A stretch of DNA of 63,509 nucleotides, the filler included, from Licmophora abbreviata (taxonomy: Eukaryota): the NCBI GenBank assembly GCA_900291995.1. It is 11 parts of 11 records of this genome, joined end to end, with 100 filler letters (N's around TTAATTAATTAA, not from the genome) between each part and the next. Parts side by side here need not be neighbours in the genome. Positions count along the whole stretch, not along the records: positions 31,457 to 39,468 come from OLMU01005638.1; positions 39,569 to 58,851 come from OLMU01005639.1; 9 more parts are not named here. One strand, 5' to 3'. The position numbers and the translations under genes were made by a program. Below are positions 32,863 through 50,597 of this stretch, piece by piece. How positions within the stretch are numbered: the first letter of the stretch is position 1; every line of letters starts with the position of its first letter. The notes beneath the pieces were generated by a model. The model was given only the letters and a program-made list of their open reading frames with translations, did no database searches and was not told the DNA's origin.

Positions 32863-35800
32863 ATGAGTGTGAACCACTATAGAAGCATGCTCGCGCTATA
32901 TCGCTATACCGGGCTCTTCTTGGCGTGTCTTATGGTGGCAGTCAGTTGTACGTCGTCATCACCACGCAAGGATCACACTCGCTCTCGGAGGCGTTGGGAT
33001 TCTTCGTGGCATCATGGCTTCTCCAGACTCTTCAGTCGATCAAATGATGATTCTGAACAAGCAAACAGCGACAACGAACTGCTTCAAGAATCGATGGTAA
33101 GTTCATTCATGCCACCCGCTTCATACGGTTGTCCCTGATTGATTCTCGTATGCCCACTCACAGAAGCCTCCCCTCTTTTTCTTGCAGCAGACTACGTCGT
33201 CCCAACGCCACCTCCAGGATGATGATTCGTTTCCCTTCATGGCTGCCATAACCTCTTCCCGACAGGGCCGATTTTGTTCTGCCACCATCTTGGATGAAAA
33301 TCACGTCCTAACCGCCAAACAATGTGTCGACAACGCTGCGCGCGAAGAGTACTATGTGACTATCTTTGGCTTCGAAACGGACCTCACCGTTGGATTGAAT
33401 GACCCGAGTCGGAAGTTTACTGCCACAGAAATTATCTTGTACGACGACACAGGTTCGCTCAATACTGATTTGGCCATTGTCAAGGTGAATGGCGTGAACC
33501 TACAGGCGCTGGGGGCCTCACCCGTGACTTTGGCTGGTGAATTGCCTTCAGATGACTCTCGGGAAATGGTTTTGGCCGGATGGAGCAGTGGCTTTGGTCT
33601 TACTACCCACTTGTCAGGGTGGGAAACGGCCTACTTGACATCGGCCGAGTGTCTGAACCAGTATCAAGAAGAAGTTGGGTCCGCCGGGACAGTGTCTCTT
33701 ACCTACAAGGAGTATCAGTGGGATGGAGTTGCGAGTACGCATTTATGTAGTGCACAGGCGCTGCGACCCTGCGACGGAGATGCGGGTGGGCCAGCGCTTG
33801 TTAGAGTCAATAGCGACGAGTGGCAACAGATCGGAGTGACATCATTGATAGCATGCTCGCGTGAAGCTGGTGTCTATGTAAGCGTGCTGGAACAGGAAGC
33901 GTGGATTCGACAGGTACTGTCAGGCTCTATGACGAGTACTTCAACGGCTGTACCCGAAGGTAGTCCAACTTCTGCGCCAGTGCAGATAGGAGTACCGACT
34001 GCAGCCCCAGTGCAGGGAAGCACACCCACAGCAGCACCGCTTCCGGCAGGTATGCCGACGGCAGCACCGCTGCAGGAAGGTACGCCCACTGCAGCACCAA
34101 TTCAAGGTGGTACGCCCACTGCAGCACCATTGCAGGGAGGTACGCCCACAGCTGCACCACTGCAGGGAGTTGCACCAACGGCATCACCAGTTCAAGGTGG
34201 TACGCCCACAGCAGCACCTGTGCAGGGAGGAATACCAACAACAGCTCCGGTTCAGGGCAGTATGCCAACAGCCGCCCCAGATCAGGGTGGCACGCCGACA
34301 GCAGCACCTGCGTCTGATGTCGAGCCGACGCCCGCTCCCGTAGAGCCAACTCCAGCTCCCTTAGAGCCGACTCCCGCTCCCGTAGAGCCAACGCCTGCCC
34401 CTGTGGATCCTACTCCAGCTCCGGTAGAGCCGACACCAGCTCCGGTTGATCCAAGTCCGGCACCGTCCGAGCGCACGACGTCTGCTCCCAGTGAGGAGAC
34501 CCCAGGTCCGAGTGTAGCTCCATCAAAGGGAGATACGTCAGCTCCCAGTGATGAGACTCCAGCTCCGAGCTCAGCGCCATCAAAGGGCGCCACACCAGCT
34601 CCCAGTGGTGCAACATCTACTCCAAGTTTTTCTCCGTCAAGCATAACGACGTCAGCTCCCAGTGGCACAACTTTTGCGCCTAGCTACACGCCAACTCAAG
34701 ACGCTACCTCAGCTCCTAGCGACACAATTGTAGCGCCTAGTTATGCTCCATCGCATGGCGCCACCTCAGCTCCTAGCGATGACCCAACTGTCCCTGCAGC
34801 CCCTACTGCAAGTTATGATAGTGCAGTGCCTAGTCTTGCACCGTCGGAGGAGGGACTGATGGCCCCGACAGCATTTGCATCGCCAACTGATTTCGACAGT
34901 GCTGTGCCGAGTCCTGTTCCGTCGATAGCTCCCGCAGCTGCTCCTGTCGATGCCGCAGAATTCACATCGATGTCTCCGTCTCTTGTCGATGTCGTAGAGA
35001 TCCCATCAGTATCTCCGTCGCTTGTCTCTTCCCTCACGAATCCTCCCGCCAGCCTTGAGTGTACTGGGGAATTTCTTCTTTTGGATTTTAATACTGCACC
35101 TGACGGTGCCTCCCTTGTCAGCGGTACATACGTTCGCGAAGAATGGTTCGTTAGGTATGGGATTAAGATTACCGCCGTCGCACATGATGGAGCCTATACC
35201 CCAGAGAGCAGTGCACGCGTCTTAGACACATCAACTCCAGGTATAGATTCGCATCTTGGAAGTCCGAATCAGGCCTGTAGTGCATCAGGTCCTGGAGTTG
35301 GTCTCGGAGGTAGTCCTGGAGAGCCAGGAGAAAATTGTTTTCCGGAGGGCAACGTTTTAGTCATTCAAGAGAGCGATACAGATGAGGTTAACGATGATGA
35401 CACAGGTGGAAGTATCTCGTTTACATTCGAGACTCCTGCGCTCAAAGTCTACTCGATGGGGCTGATGGACATCGCTGAAGACTGTTCAGCAGTCATCGTG
35501 GTGGCAAAGGCCGACACCATGGTCCCGGGGGTGTACACAGGAAAGCGTCTTGGTCACAATTCTGTCCAGGATGTCATGATCGACGAGGAGAACGTCAAAA
35601 CGATAACCCTGATGTCCTCGAAGCAAGGTGCTATTCGGAATTTGAGTTTGTGTCTCGATACAGACGCCATTGCGCCTGCATCTGCCCCCGTGACAACGGC
35701 TCCAGTTTTCGCCACTTCCCCTACGATTAGTGAAACACCCCCTGTGGAGCCAAATCCGGCGCCAGTCGGAATCGCGCCGGAACCATCTCCGACAGAGCCT

Positions 35801-38800
35801 GTGCCCCCTGCGCTTCCCGCTGATGCATGCCCTTACGACGAAATTTTCCTCGATTTCGAGACGACACCAGATGGAACAATTTTGGAAGGTGGAGACTATG
35901 TCAGTCTCCAGTGGCTCACTAAGTATGGAATAACTATCACAGCTTCTTCGGACGATGGTGGATTTGCTCCCGATAGCCAGGCTCGTATCTATGACACGTC
36001 GGTACCCGGTGATGATTTAGATCTCGGCAGTCCCAATGAAAATTGCAGTCCTGCGGGACCAGGTGTTGGAGTTGGTGGTATGCCCGGGCAGAGCGGAGAG
36101 AATTGTACGCCACAGGGAAACGTCTTGATCGTTCAAGACGGTCGAACTGGCGAGCCTAGTGACAATGCCTTCGGTGGAAACATCACCTTCTGCTTCGAAA
36201 AGCCTGCTTCTGTGGTATATTTGCTAGGGCTGATGGACTTGGATGGGCAGAAGGCGGCAACTATTCAAGTGGAGAAGGCGGATGGTAGCATGACATATAA
36301 AAGTCTGGATGGACTGGGGGACAATTCTGTTCAGGATTTTCAAATGGACGCGGAAGATGTGAAATGTGTCACTGTCAACTTCTCTATGTCTGGTGCGATT
36401 CGATATCTTCATGCCTGTGTCGACGGTAGCTCCAATACAAGTCCTACTTCCAAACCGGTTGATCAAGATCAACAATTAAGCCTTTTGCCTACCGGTACCG
36501 TTGAGCCCTTTCCTTCAACATCAGTGCCGACATTGGAACCGATGCCTGATTCCACAACTGCGCCCACGGGGCTGTGCATTTCCGATGAGATCCTCCTCGA
36601 TTTTGAAGCGACCCCAGATGGAACTATTTTAGAAGGCGGAGACTACGTCAGTCTACAGTGGCTCAGCGAGTACGGAATCACTATCTCAGCCTCATCGGAT
36701 GATGGTGGATTCACTCCGAATGGCCAAGCGCGCCTCTACGACACATCGGTACCCGGCGAAGATTTAGACCTTGGTAGTCCCAACGAAAATTGTAGCCCGC
36801 CGGGCCCAGGTGTGGGAGTTGGTGGACGACCAGGCGAGCTTGGTGAAAACTGTGCTCCCCAGGGAAACGTTCTCATTGTCCAGGACGGGCGCATAGATGA
36901 GCCCAGTGACAACGCCTTCGGAGGCAACATCACGTTCTCTTTCGACACGCCTGCTCCAGAGGTATACTCTCTTGGATTGATGGACCTCGACGGCCAGCAG
37001 ATGGTCACCATCTACGTCGAAAAGGCTGATGACAGTATTGTCAGAATCTTCGTTGATGGACTAGGCGATAACTCTATTCAGGATGTCCTGGTCGACGTGG
37101 AAGACGTCCAGAAGTTGACTGTTAGCTTCTCAATGTCGGGAGCTATCCGCTACTTGAACGCCTGCATTGACGATCGGCCCAGCGCAGCTCCGAGCTCATT
37201 TCCATCCCCCTCACCCACTTCAGATCCAACCTTTTCTCCGACGCCTGAGCCCACTGAGGAGCCGACCGACAGACCGAGTGCCTTTCCTACGATCGAGCCT
37301 ACTGCTGCTCCTACTCTGGAGCCATCACAAGCTCCAACACTTGCGCCGACATCACAACCGACACTTGAGCCAACGGTGGCTCCTTCAAAGGGTCCGACGC
37401 TAACGCCGACTCAGCAGCCGTCAATTGAACCCACTTTTGAACCATCACCTAGTCCTACTATCAAACCCACATCACAACCGACAGTGGCACCATCGGCTGA
37501 GCCCAGTCATTACCCTACAGCGGCCCCATCAGTGTTGAGCGACAGTCCCACGTACATAAATTGCAGTTTGGAAGTGGTGTGCGTAGATTTCGAGGTCTCT
37601 GGAGAGGGATTCCCACTCAAGCATGGCGACTACGTAAGCATGGAATGGTTTAGTTTGTACGGTATGACGGTCACAGCTTCTTCTGACCAAGGTGGTTACT
37701 TTCCAGACGGGAAAGCGCGGATCTACGATACTTCTACGGAGGACGGTGAAGATCCCGATCTTGGTAGTCCAAATGTCGAGTGCAGCCCTTCGGGTCCAGG
37801 CCTTGGCTTCGATGGAGAGCCTGGACGTCCAGGAGAGAATTGTGTGCCCGTCGGCAATATTCTCATCATTCAAGAAAGTAACAAGGAAAAACCAGATGAC
37901 AACGCGTACGGAGGGAACTTGACATTCAGTTTCTCTTGTCCCCTTGAAAGACTAGTGTCCATTGGACTGCTTGATGCAGATAATTTTGATACCGATTTCT
38001 TTGAGGTTGTGACGGACAATGGAGGTAAAACCATTCTCCAGGATATCCAAGGTCTAGGCAACAATGCCATCCAGGAAGAGCTTTTCGATGTCATGAACGT
38101 GAACAGTGTAAAAGCGTTCGCTGCAAACTCTCTGGGCATTCGACAGATATGCTTCTGTCCCGGAGAATGCAAGGAAGAGATGCCTATGCCAGCACCAATT
38201 GTAGGGTCGTCTGCTCCAATTTCTCAGCCGTCGGCACCGCCGACCCCCTCGGCAGCAGCTCCGTCTCCCGCTGCGCCTATTCCGTACTCATTTCCGACGA
38301 TCAGGCCTACCCGACTCACACCCACTATGAATACTTGCGTTGGGGGTGACCTTCTTCTGCTCGACTTCAGCACAACTCCTGACGGCACGCCAATCGATGG
38401 TGGTACATACGTGAGCGAGGAGTGGCTCGACGCTTTCGGAATTAAGATCATTGCTGTATCACGGGACGGCTCATACACACCTGAAAGGAGTGCTCGTGTC
38501 GTTGATACGTCTTCTCCAGGGCTTGATCCAGATCTTGGAAGTCCGAATCAAGAGTGTGATATTGCAGGCCCAGGAGCGGGAGCTGGCGGTGAGCCTGGAC
38601 AACCGGGAGAAAATTGCACCCCACAAGGCAATGTCCTGATCATCCAAGAGGCCGACACGCAACAGGTGGATGACAACGCCCTCGGTGGTACAATCACGTT
38701 TACTTTCGATACCCCTGTTCAAACCCTTTTCTCGATAGGTCTGATGGACATTGATGTTATCTGTGGAGCGATCCTTGTGGTGAACAAGGTGGGCTCGTCT

Positions 38801-39927
38801 GTCCCTCGTGTCTTTGCCATTGATGGTCTTGGGGACAATTCCGTTCAGGATGTGACAATCGATGAGGATAACGTTTCGCACGTTACATTGAGCTTAACTG
38901 GGTCAGGCGCAATAAGATACTTGAGTCTTTGTGTCGAGGGTAGCCAAGGCATGATTGCACCATCTCAAGCACCATCGGTACAAATGTTTGTCAGCCCAAG
39001 CAGCGAGCCGAGTATCTCCCGTCAGCCAAGTGAAGCACCCACTTCATCCTTCTCGAAGGTACCGAGCTCCACCCCAGTTCTTGGTGCGAGCCTTACCCCG
39101 TCGCCGGGAGAATCAATATCTGCTCCAACGGCAATTGAGAGCCAAGTCCCAACAGAAATCGACAGTGCGGCCCCAAGTTCAAGACCAACAGAGGAAGCGC
39201 CTGAGGCCCCGACTGCAGGAGGCTTGGATAGTGCTGCTCCCAGTCCTGCACCATCTGAAGAGGCACCAGCTTTACCGACGGGGAGAGAAAGTGCAGCCCC
39301 TAGTCCACTGGATTATGCGCCAGCTTTCCCGATGGCAGGAAGCAACAGTGCCTCGCCCACATCGGCAGAGATCGACGATTCCCCAACTGTACCCACTGCG
39401 CCGATTCCAATCAGCATCAGCGAAAGCTTCATGCCAAGCACTAGTCCTGCCCCGAGCAATGGTCTCGTNNNNNNNNNNNNNNNNNNNNNNNNNNNNNNNN
39501 NNNNNNNNNNNNTTAATTAATTAANNNNNNNNNNNNNNNNNNNNNNNNNNNNNNNNNNNNNNNNNNNNTAGATGATGAAGTGGCAAGTCCAGCACCCGCT
39601 GAAAAAGAAGTACCAACCGTCCCCACGGCCCCGCTTACGAACAACGTTGGTGGCACGGTCACACCAAGTGCGAGTCCTGCTCCAAGCACAACTGACAATC
39701 CAACCCCGGTCGAGGAGGGATCACCAGTGGTCCCCATCAGCAGTACACTATTCGACGAGGCTCTCAGTGGAGGATTCATAGGAATCAAGCAAGAGGGTGC
39801 ACCCGACACCACAACTACAATTACACTGCCGGCCAAGACGCCTCCTGCACCAGAAGTGGAAGACGGCGTGCATGTCTATCAAGATCACCAGGTTCTCTAC
39901 AACAAGGAGCATTATCCAATCACATAG
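32863..39927 (+). CDS. Giant secreted protein: inactive trypsin-like domain + PTAAP mucin-like stalks + five copies of a ~200-aa domain; intron 33097-33187; spans gap 39469-39568
   Basis: Exon 1 (78 codons, signal peptide) splices in phase 0 to the 2112-aa ORF. Protease motifs FCSATILDENHVLTAKQC, DLAIVKV, CDGDAGGP. Five DF...DLGSPN..C..GPG.G..GENC..GNVLI.Q repeats. Compositionally matching C-terminus at 39569-39927. Confidence 0.85.
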
Positions 39928-40437
39928 CACAGTGATCGAGACAAAATAATCTGTAATTCATAAAACTTGTTAAAAGGACATTCTGTTATGACTGTTTCGT
40001 TGGAATGACGGAGTACATGGTATGAATATACTATGTTGATCTAACCAAAATGAAGTAGGCACCGACCGTACTACCACCTGTAGCTCCCCCCGCATTGGTT
40101 GCGATCCTCATCAACAGAATCTCAAACATCATTGTGTGATGCACAATAGCCACACCTACATAGTTACGTTGTACTCTTTCTCGAAGCGATTGATGAGTCT
40201 ATGAAAGCATGCAACACAACAGCCGATTTCAGGTTGGACGAAACTTCTCACTGTCGTCGTCTGGCCGGCGCTACTGCGATGAATCAAAAAAGGATTGCTA
40301 GCGCCGCGGCTAGACTCGGACCATGACGACCACCACTGCGCCCCGTTCCCCTTGGCCGTCCTCTCCCCGCTCTTGATTAGTTTGCAGACTTCTACCATGT
40401 CGAGGGCGTCGTTATAAAGACAAGCAGTGCAGCAGGT

Positions 40438-41820
40438 ATGAGCCAAGACGACAGCGATGCTTCAGAGGGCTGTTTCTCGGACCCGAGCACCACCATCGCC
40501 GGCCTTGGAGTTTTGCTCATCAGTCTCCTGTGTCTCGGGACTTGGCCTGCACTCTTGCGCTTGTCCTCGTCTTGGCATCAGCGCCATGACACAGACGCTA
40601 GTCCTGCTACTAGTGGTGACAGTAAGACGATGAAACGACACCCGTGTCACGCCTACATGGACTATGGAGTCGCCTATGCCGTGGCCTCGTTGATTCCCAT
40701 TCTACTATACTTCGGCTACCAAGCTACTGCGACTACTTCATCACCCTCCAACGACTCGCTGTTCTGGATGCCACGTTTGGTGGGAATTGCGTCTTTCGGA
40801 GGCACTTTGCTATCACTCGGAAACTTATCCATGCAGTGGGCCACCAGTGTCTATGGAGCACCGCTCACGACCGTACTTGCCTTGCAGGCATCCCTCACGG
40901 TCGTCATTGGCACGTCGCTCAATTATCTATTGCAACCGGAGCGGACGCGCTCTCCAAACTTGCTGCTGGGGGGTGTAGTGCTCTTCTTGCTGGCGATTGG
41001 TCTGGCGGCACGAGCTCAAGTCTGGTACGCGGATGCGTCATCCTCCGTGCTGGACCACCATACGAGTCCTACTACTCGTAGGCGGCAGGACTATGCGCCC
41101 TGTGGGGAAATCGAATTGGAAGCTTCACAACAAAACGAGAATGCGAGCATGATGAGCAGTGACGATTGTGATGCTCTGGCTTTACAGCCAATGCCGACCG
41201 ACGTCTACTATTCGTCGCTCCGTTCCAACGACGACACTGTTGCTAGAGTACTACACCCCGCCAACCACCCAAAAGATACGAGACGAGGACTGGTGATTGC
41301 CGTGCTGGGAGGCGTCTCTTTTGGATTCTTTAGTCCCGCATTTAATATAGCTGTCAATAATCCGTTTCAATGGGGGAAGCAAGAGAGGGAAGAGGTATCT
41401 CCCGCACTCAGTGTACCAGCTGCCAACTTGTGGTTTGCCGTGGCCTTTTCCGTTGTTGGCATACTTGGAAACATCATTTTGATGCGACATCCTCCTACAT
41501 GTCATGCAACAGGTGCCGTTATTGTCCAAAAGTCTACTTTGCAAGAGTATTGGTCTGCAGTCACGTCTCTGGATCGCCGGTACGCGATTGCCGCCGGATG
41601 TCTGTGTGCCATGGCTAATGTCTTGCAATTTCAAGGTGGAAAGTTGGCAGGCTTTGCTGCAGCCGACATGGTGCAGGCGTTTCCATTGGTTGCGACTGTT
41701 TGGGATGTTGTCTTGTTTGGAGAGTTTCAGAATGCAACTGCAAGGGTGGTGTGTGCGTTGGTAGGCATGTACATGTCCTACTTGGGGGGTATTGCGTTGT
41801 TGGCGAGTAGTATTGTATAA
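40438..41820 (+). CDS. Ureide permease (UPS)-like DMT transporter
   Basis: ~10 TM segments; SLLCLGTWPALL, LSLGNLSMQWA, FSPAFNIAVN and QFQGGKLAGFAAADMVQAFPLV match plant UPS motifs. Confidence 0.85.
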   Translation: MSQDDSDASEGCFSDPSTTIAGLGVLLISLLCLGTWPALLRLSSSWHQRHDTDASPATSGDSKTMKRHPCHAYMDYGVAYAVASLIPILLYFGYQATATTSSPSNDSLFWMPRLVGIASFGGTLLSLGNLSMQWATSVYGAPLTTVLALQASLTVVIGTSLNYLLQPERTRSPNLLLGGVVLFLLAIGLAARAQVWYADASSSVLDHHTSPTTRRRQDYAPCGEIELEASQQNENASMMSSDDCDALALQPMPTDVYYSSLRSNDDTVARVLHPANHPKDTRRGLVIAVLGGVSFGFFSPAFNIAVNNPFQWGKQEREEVSPALSVPAANLWFAVAFSVVGILGNIILMRHPPTCHATGAVIVQKSTLQEYWSAVTSLDRRYAIAAGCLCAMANVLQFQGGKLAGFAAADMVQAFPLVATVWDVVLFGEFQNATARVVCALVGMYMSYLGGIALLASSIV

Positions 41821-41875
41821 AGAGTAGAGCCTGATGTGCAGAGCAGGCTTGAGTTTATTTCTCCACGCGTTCATT

Positions 41876-43228
41876 CTATTGCGCCTTCTCCGCGACTCTT
41901 GCCTCCCGCAACTTCCTAGTCTTGCTCTTATACACTTGTTTCTTTGCTGCTTCCACCATGCCATCACAGTCCCCCGCATAGTGTCGAAACCCGCTCGGCA
42001 TGGCAAACCCGACTCCGTCATTATTGTTCATCGCCATACTCTGGCACCGTCCTCTCAACTGCCGCCAAAAATACTTTTCCAAATGCGACTCCAGCACATG
42101 TGCATCATAGGGATCCCACGACAAGTCCTCCAAGGACGTGAACCACATAGGCATGGCATATCGGGCTCCCTGCAAGATGGGCAGTACGCCGTGCAGGTTT
42201 CGCGTGTCACTGGCAAATACCAACAAGTTGCCACAGGACGGTTGCAACTGGACGGAATGCAAAAAGGCTTCTCTCAATCCCACGTCACTGTCGAAACTAG
42301 AGACTGACTCATTCTTGATATCTTGTCGATCCAGTAGAAAGACTTGTCCACCTCGGAGATTGCTGTTATCGTCGTTCAAGTATAGGAGCACCGTATGAGT
42401 GCGATGCGCACAACAAGAGTCTTGTTCAAAGTCGCAATCCCACGAGTCTAGCAATACATCTTTGTTTATGAGAAGTTGACACATGTCACAGTGTACTTTG
42501 TGGCCACCTGTAGAAAGATAGTGAAAGTGGTCGAGCAAGGGTGATGAAGAGGTATTGCTGCTCTTTGTAGAAGTGCTGCCATCGTCGGTTGTAGGTCGTT
42601 GTCGCCGTGTCAAGTCGGCAAACTCGAGAAAGATTGAATCAGTTCCAAAGGTTTCTTCCATAGTTTCTTGAAGCCTTTGCATCAAGAGAGAGATCAGTCG
42701 TTGTTCCTCCCGTGTCACATTCATAGCGCTATCCTGGTTCAGTAGTACAGCTGCCAGGGACATACTCGCAAACTCCATCCACAGCGAGTTCGCTCCCGCC
42801 TCTTCTTGTAGGTATGCTTGCTCTCTAGTGAGTGTATTTCGATCCATAATGGAACGAATTGTCGCACACTCGTCGTCGTTCAAGAAGTGTCGAACGAGCT
42901 TACGATGAACGCGATCGTGTTTGGTCTTGTTGTACCACTGTCGATGGGACGTGTGGGAGTGATGCGAGTCTGCGGCCAGCACTTCTCGAATGGATGGTTC
43001 GATGAATGGAAGTTTGGAAAGAATGAATTTGAGCCATCCTGGCATACTGAGCATATAGAATACTTCGCTGTTGCCTTTGAAAAAAGTGGGCTCATGATGC
43101 CGGAGCTTCTCAAGGAATTGGTAGAAGGAGACTCCGTATACTGCAAAGATCACTGCTACCAGCGACCAAAGTAGAGTGCAACGAGAGCAAGTTGTGGTTG
43201 TGATTGCTGTTTTAGAAGTGGACGTCAT
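41876..43228 (-). CDS. Membrane-anchored 2OG-Fe(II) dioxygenase (prolyl 3-/4-hydroxylase-like)
   Basis: N-terminal TM; HxD (HCD), VLLYLND..GG, NLHGVLPILQGARYAMPMWFT (distal His, 2OG-binding Arg). Confidence 0.8.
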   Translation of the reverse strand: MTSTSKTAITTTTCSRCTLLWSLVAVIFAVYGVSFYQFLEKLRHHEPTFFKGNSEVFYMLSMPGWLKFILSKLPFIEPSIREVLAADSHHSHTSHRQWYNKTKHDRVHRKLVRHFLNDDECATIRSIMDRNTLTREQAYLQEEAGANSLWMEFASMSLAAVLLNQDSAMNVTREEQRLISLLMQRLQETMEETFGTDSIFLEFADLTRRQRPTTDDGSTSTKSSNTSSSPLLDHFHYLSTGGHKVHCDMCQLLINKDVLLDSWDCDFEQDSCCAHRTHTVLLYLNDDNSNLRGGQVFLLDRQDIKNESVSSFDSDVGLREAFLHSVQLQPSCGNLLVFASDTRNLHGVLPILQGARYAMPMWFTSLEDLSWDPYDAHVLESHLEKYFWRQLRGRCQSMAMNNNDGVGFAMPSGFRHYAGDCDGMVEAAKKQVYKSKTRKLREARVAEKAQ

Positions 43229-43886
43229 GGTTCTCTTGTACGAGTACTGTGATCGCCATGATCAGTTTTAATGAACCAGCGCCCAGGTATGACTGATACC
43301 AGTAGTAGCAATCAATGTTGTTGCAAATTGAAAATAGACAGTCCAGGGGTGTCCACGGGTCATCCGCTGGGAGGCTCAATGACCTCGTCGTCGTGGATTC
43401 TAAAAAAGCAGCTTTGCTTTCAAGACTCCCAATCCGATTGCGATGCCATCTGACAGGACCCATAAGTAAAAACGGAGCATATCCATTCAGAATGAGCTCT
43501 CCGGAAACCTTTGTCTCGATCCTACCTCGTGTGAAGTAGAGTTCTCATTCGCCCGGTATACAAATCGTGTAGAATCCACGGAGCGAGGACAGGGTTCGCA
43601 TCAGAAATACTACTGAGCATCCTGCGAACTGAAACACACAAAGGGTACTTAATGATCTGGAGAATAGGTACGATAAGGACGGCAACTTAAATGGGACGGC
43701 GCATCTTTCCATTCTCGATCACGAAGTGAGACGCGAACCATAAAAAGACGAAATATACGATACGATACGATTGATGGAGCGATTGATCGACCAGCATCAC
43801 CATCATCATCCTCATACTGTAGCTCATCAAGAAAAGGAAAGACCGCAGAAAGAGACAGCTCGCTGAGTGTTTGCTTACTCGTTTGA

Positions 43887-49857
<5,971 letters not shown>

Positions 49858-50597
49858 GAATGGAAACAATGGATGTATCACTTGTATGAAAAAGAGAAAC
49901 ACTCCATGCAGTACTTAGACAAAGACTTTGTTCAATCTCAGCCGTCATTGTTGGGAGCCCATCCGAGTGGTATAGTACTTTCAATGGAGCAACCACCACC
50001 GTGGCGTCAGACGACGCAAGGCGGCCGAGACAGGATACATCAGAGCCAGCTTACTCAACGGCATCGCATCGCCATCTTTGAAAACGCAGACCCTCTTGTG
50101 TGCATTGCCGTCAGCAGTTAACGAAAATAACACATCGCCGTGTGGATTCTATCATGAGATCGAAGTTTCCGCATCCTGACATGACAATCAGTTCGTGCTG
50201 CTAGATATCATAGAACTAGCTAGACCACTCGGTAAAGTATTCTAGTCTACTGGCAGACAAGCGCCGTCGGAACTTCAAACTGCATGCATACAGGCATCAT
50301 ACAGTGTGATATCATACAGTCGTCGTGCCTGTATTGAGTATGATACCATCATGGTGGTGCTGTATGTTGTGATGTGTGCGTCGTCGTAGGTCATGATCGT
50401 GTTATAGTATACTCGTGCATACATACTGGTACTCAAAATGTCATGATATCCGTTGAGGGAGGTGCGCATAATCACATCTGAAGGTGAATATTCCACACAA
50501 CTCTTCATCGCGATGTGTGTTTGCAACTTGCAACTCTTGTTGCGGCCATCACCATAGGATATCACACTTCCGACATATCATACCAATAGCCAACAGC

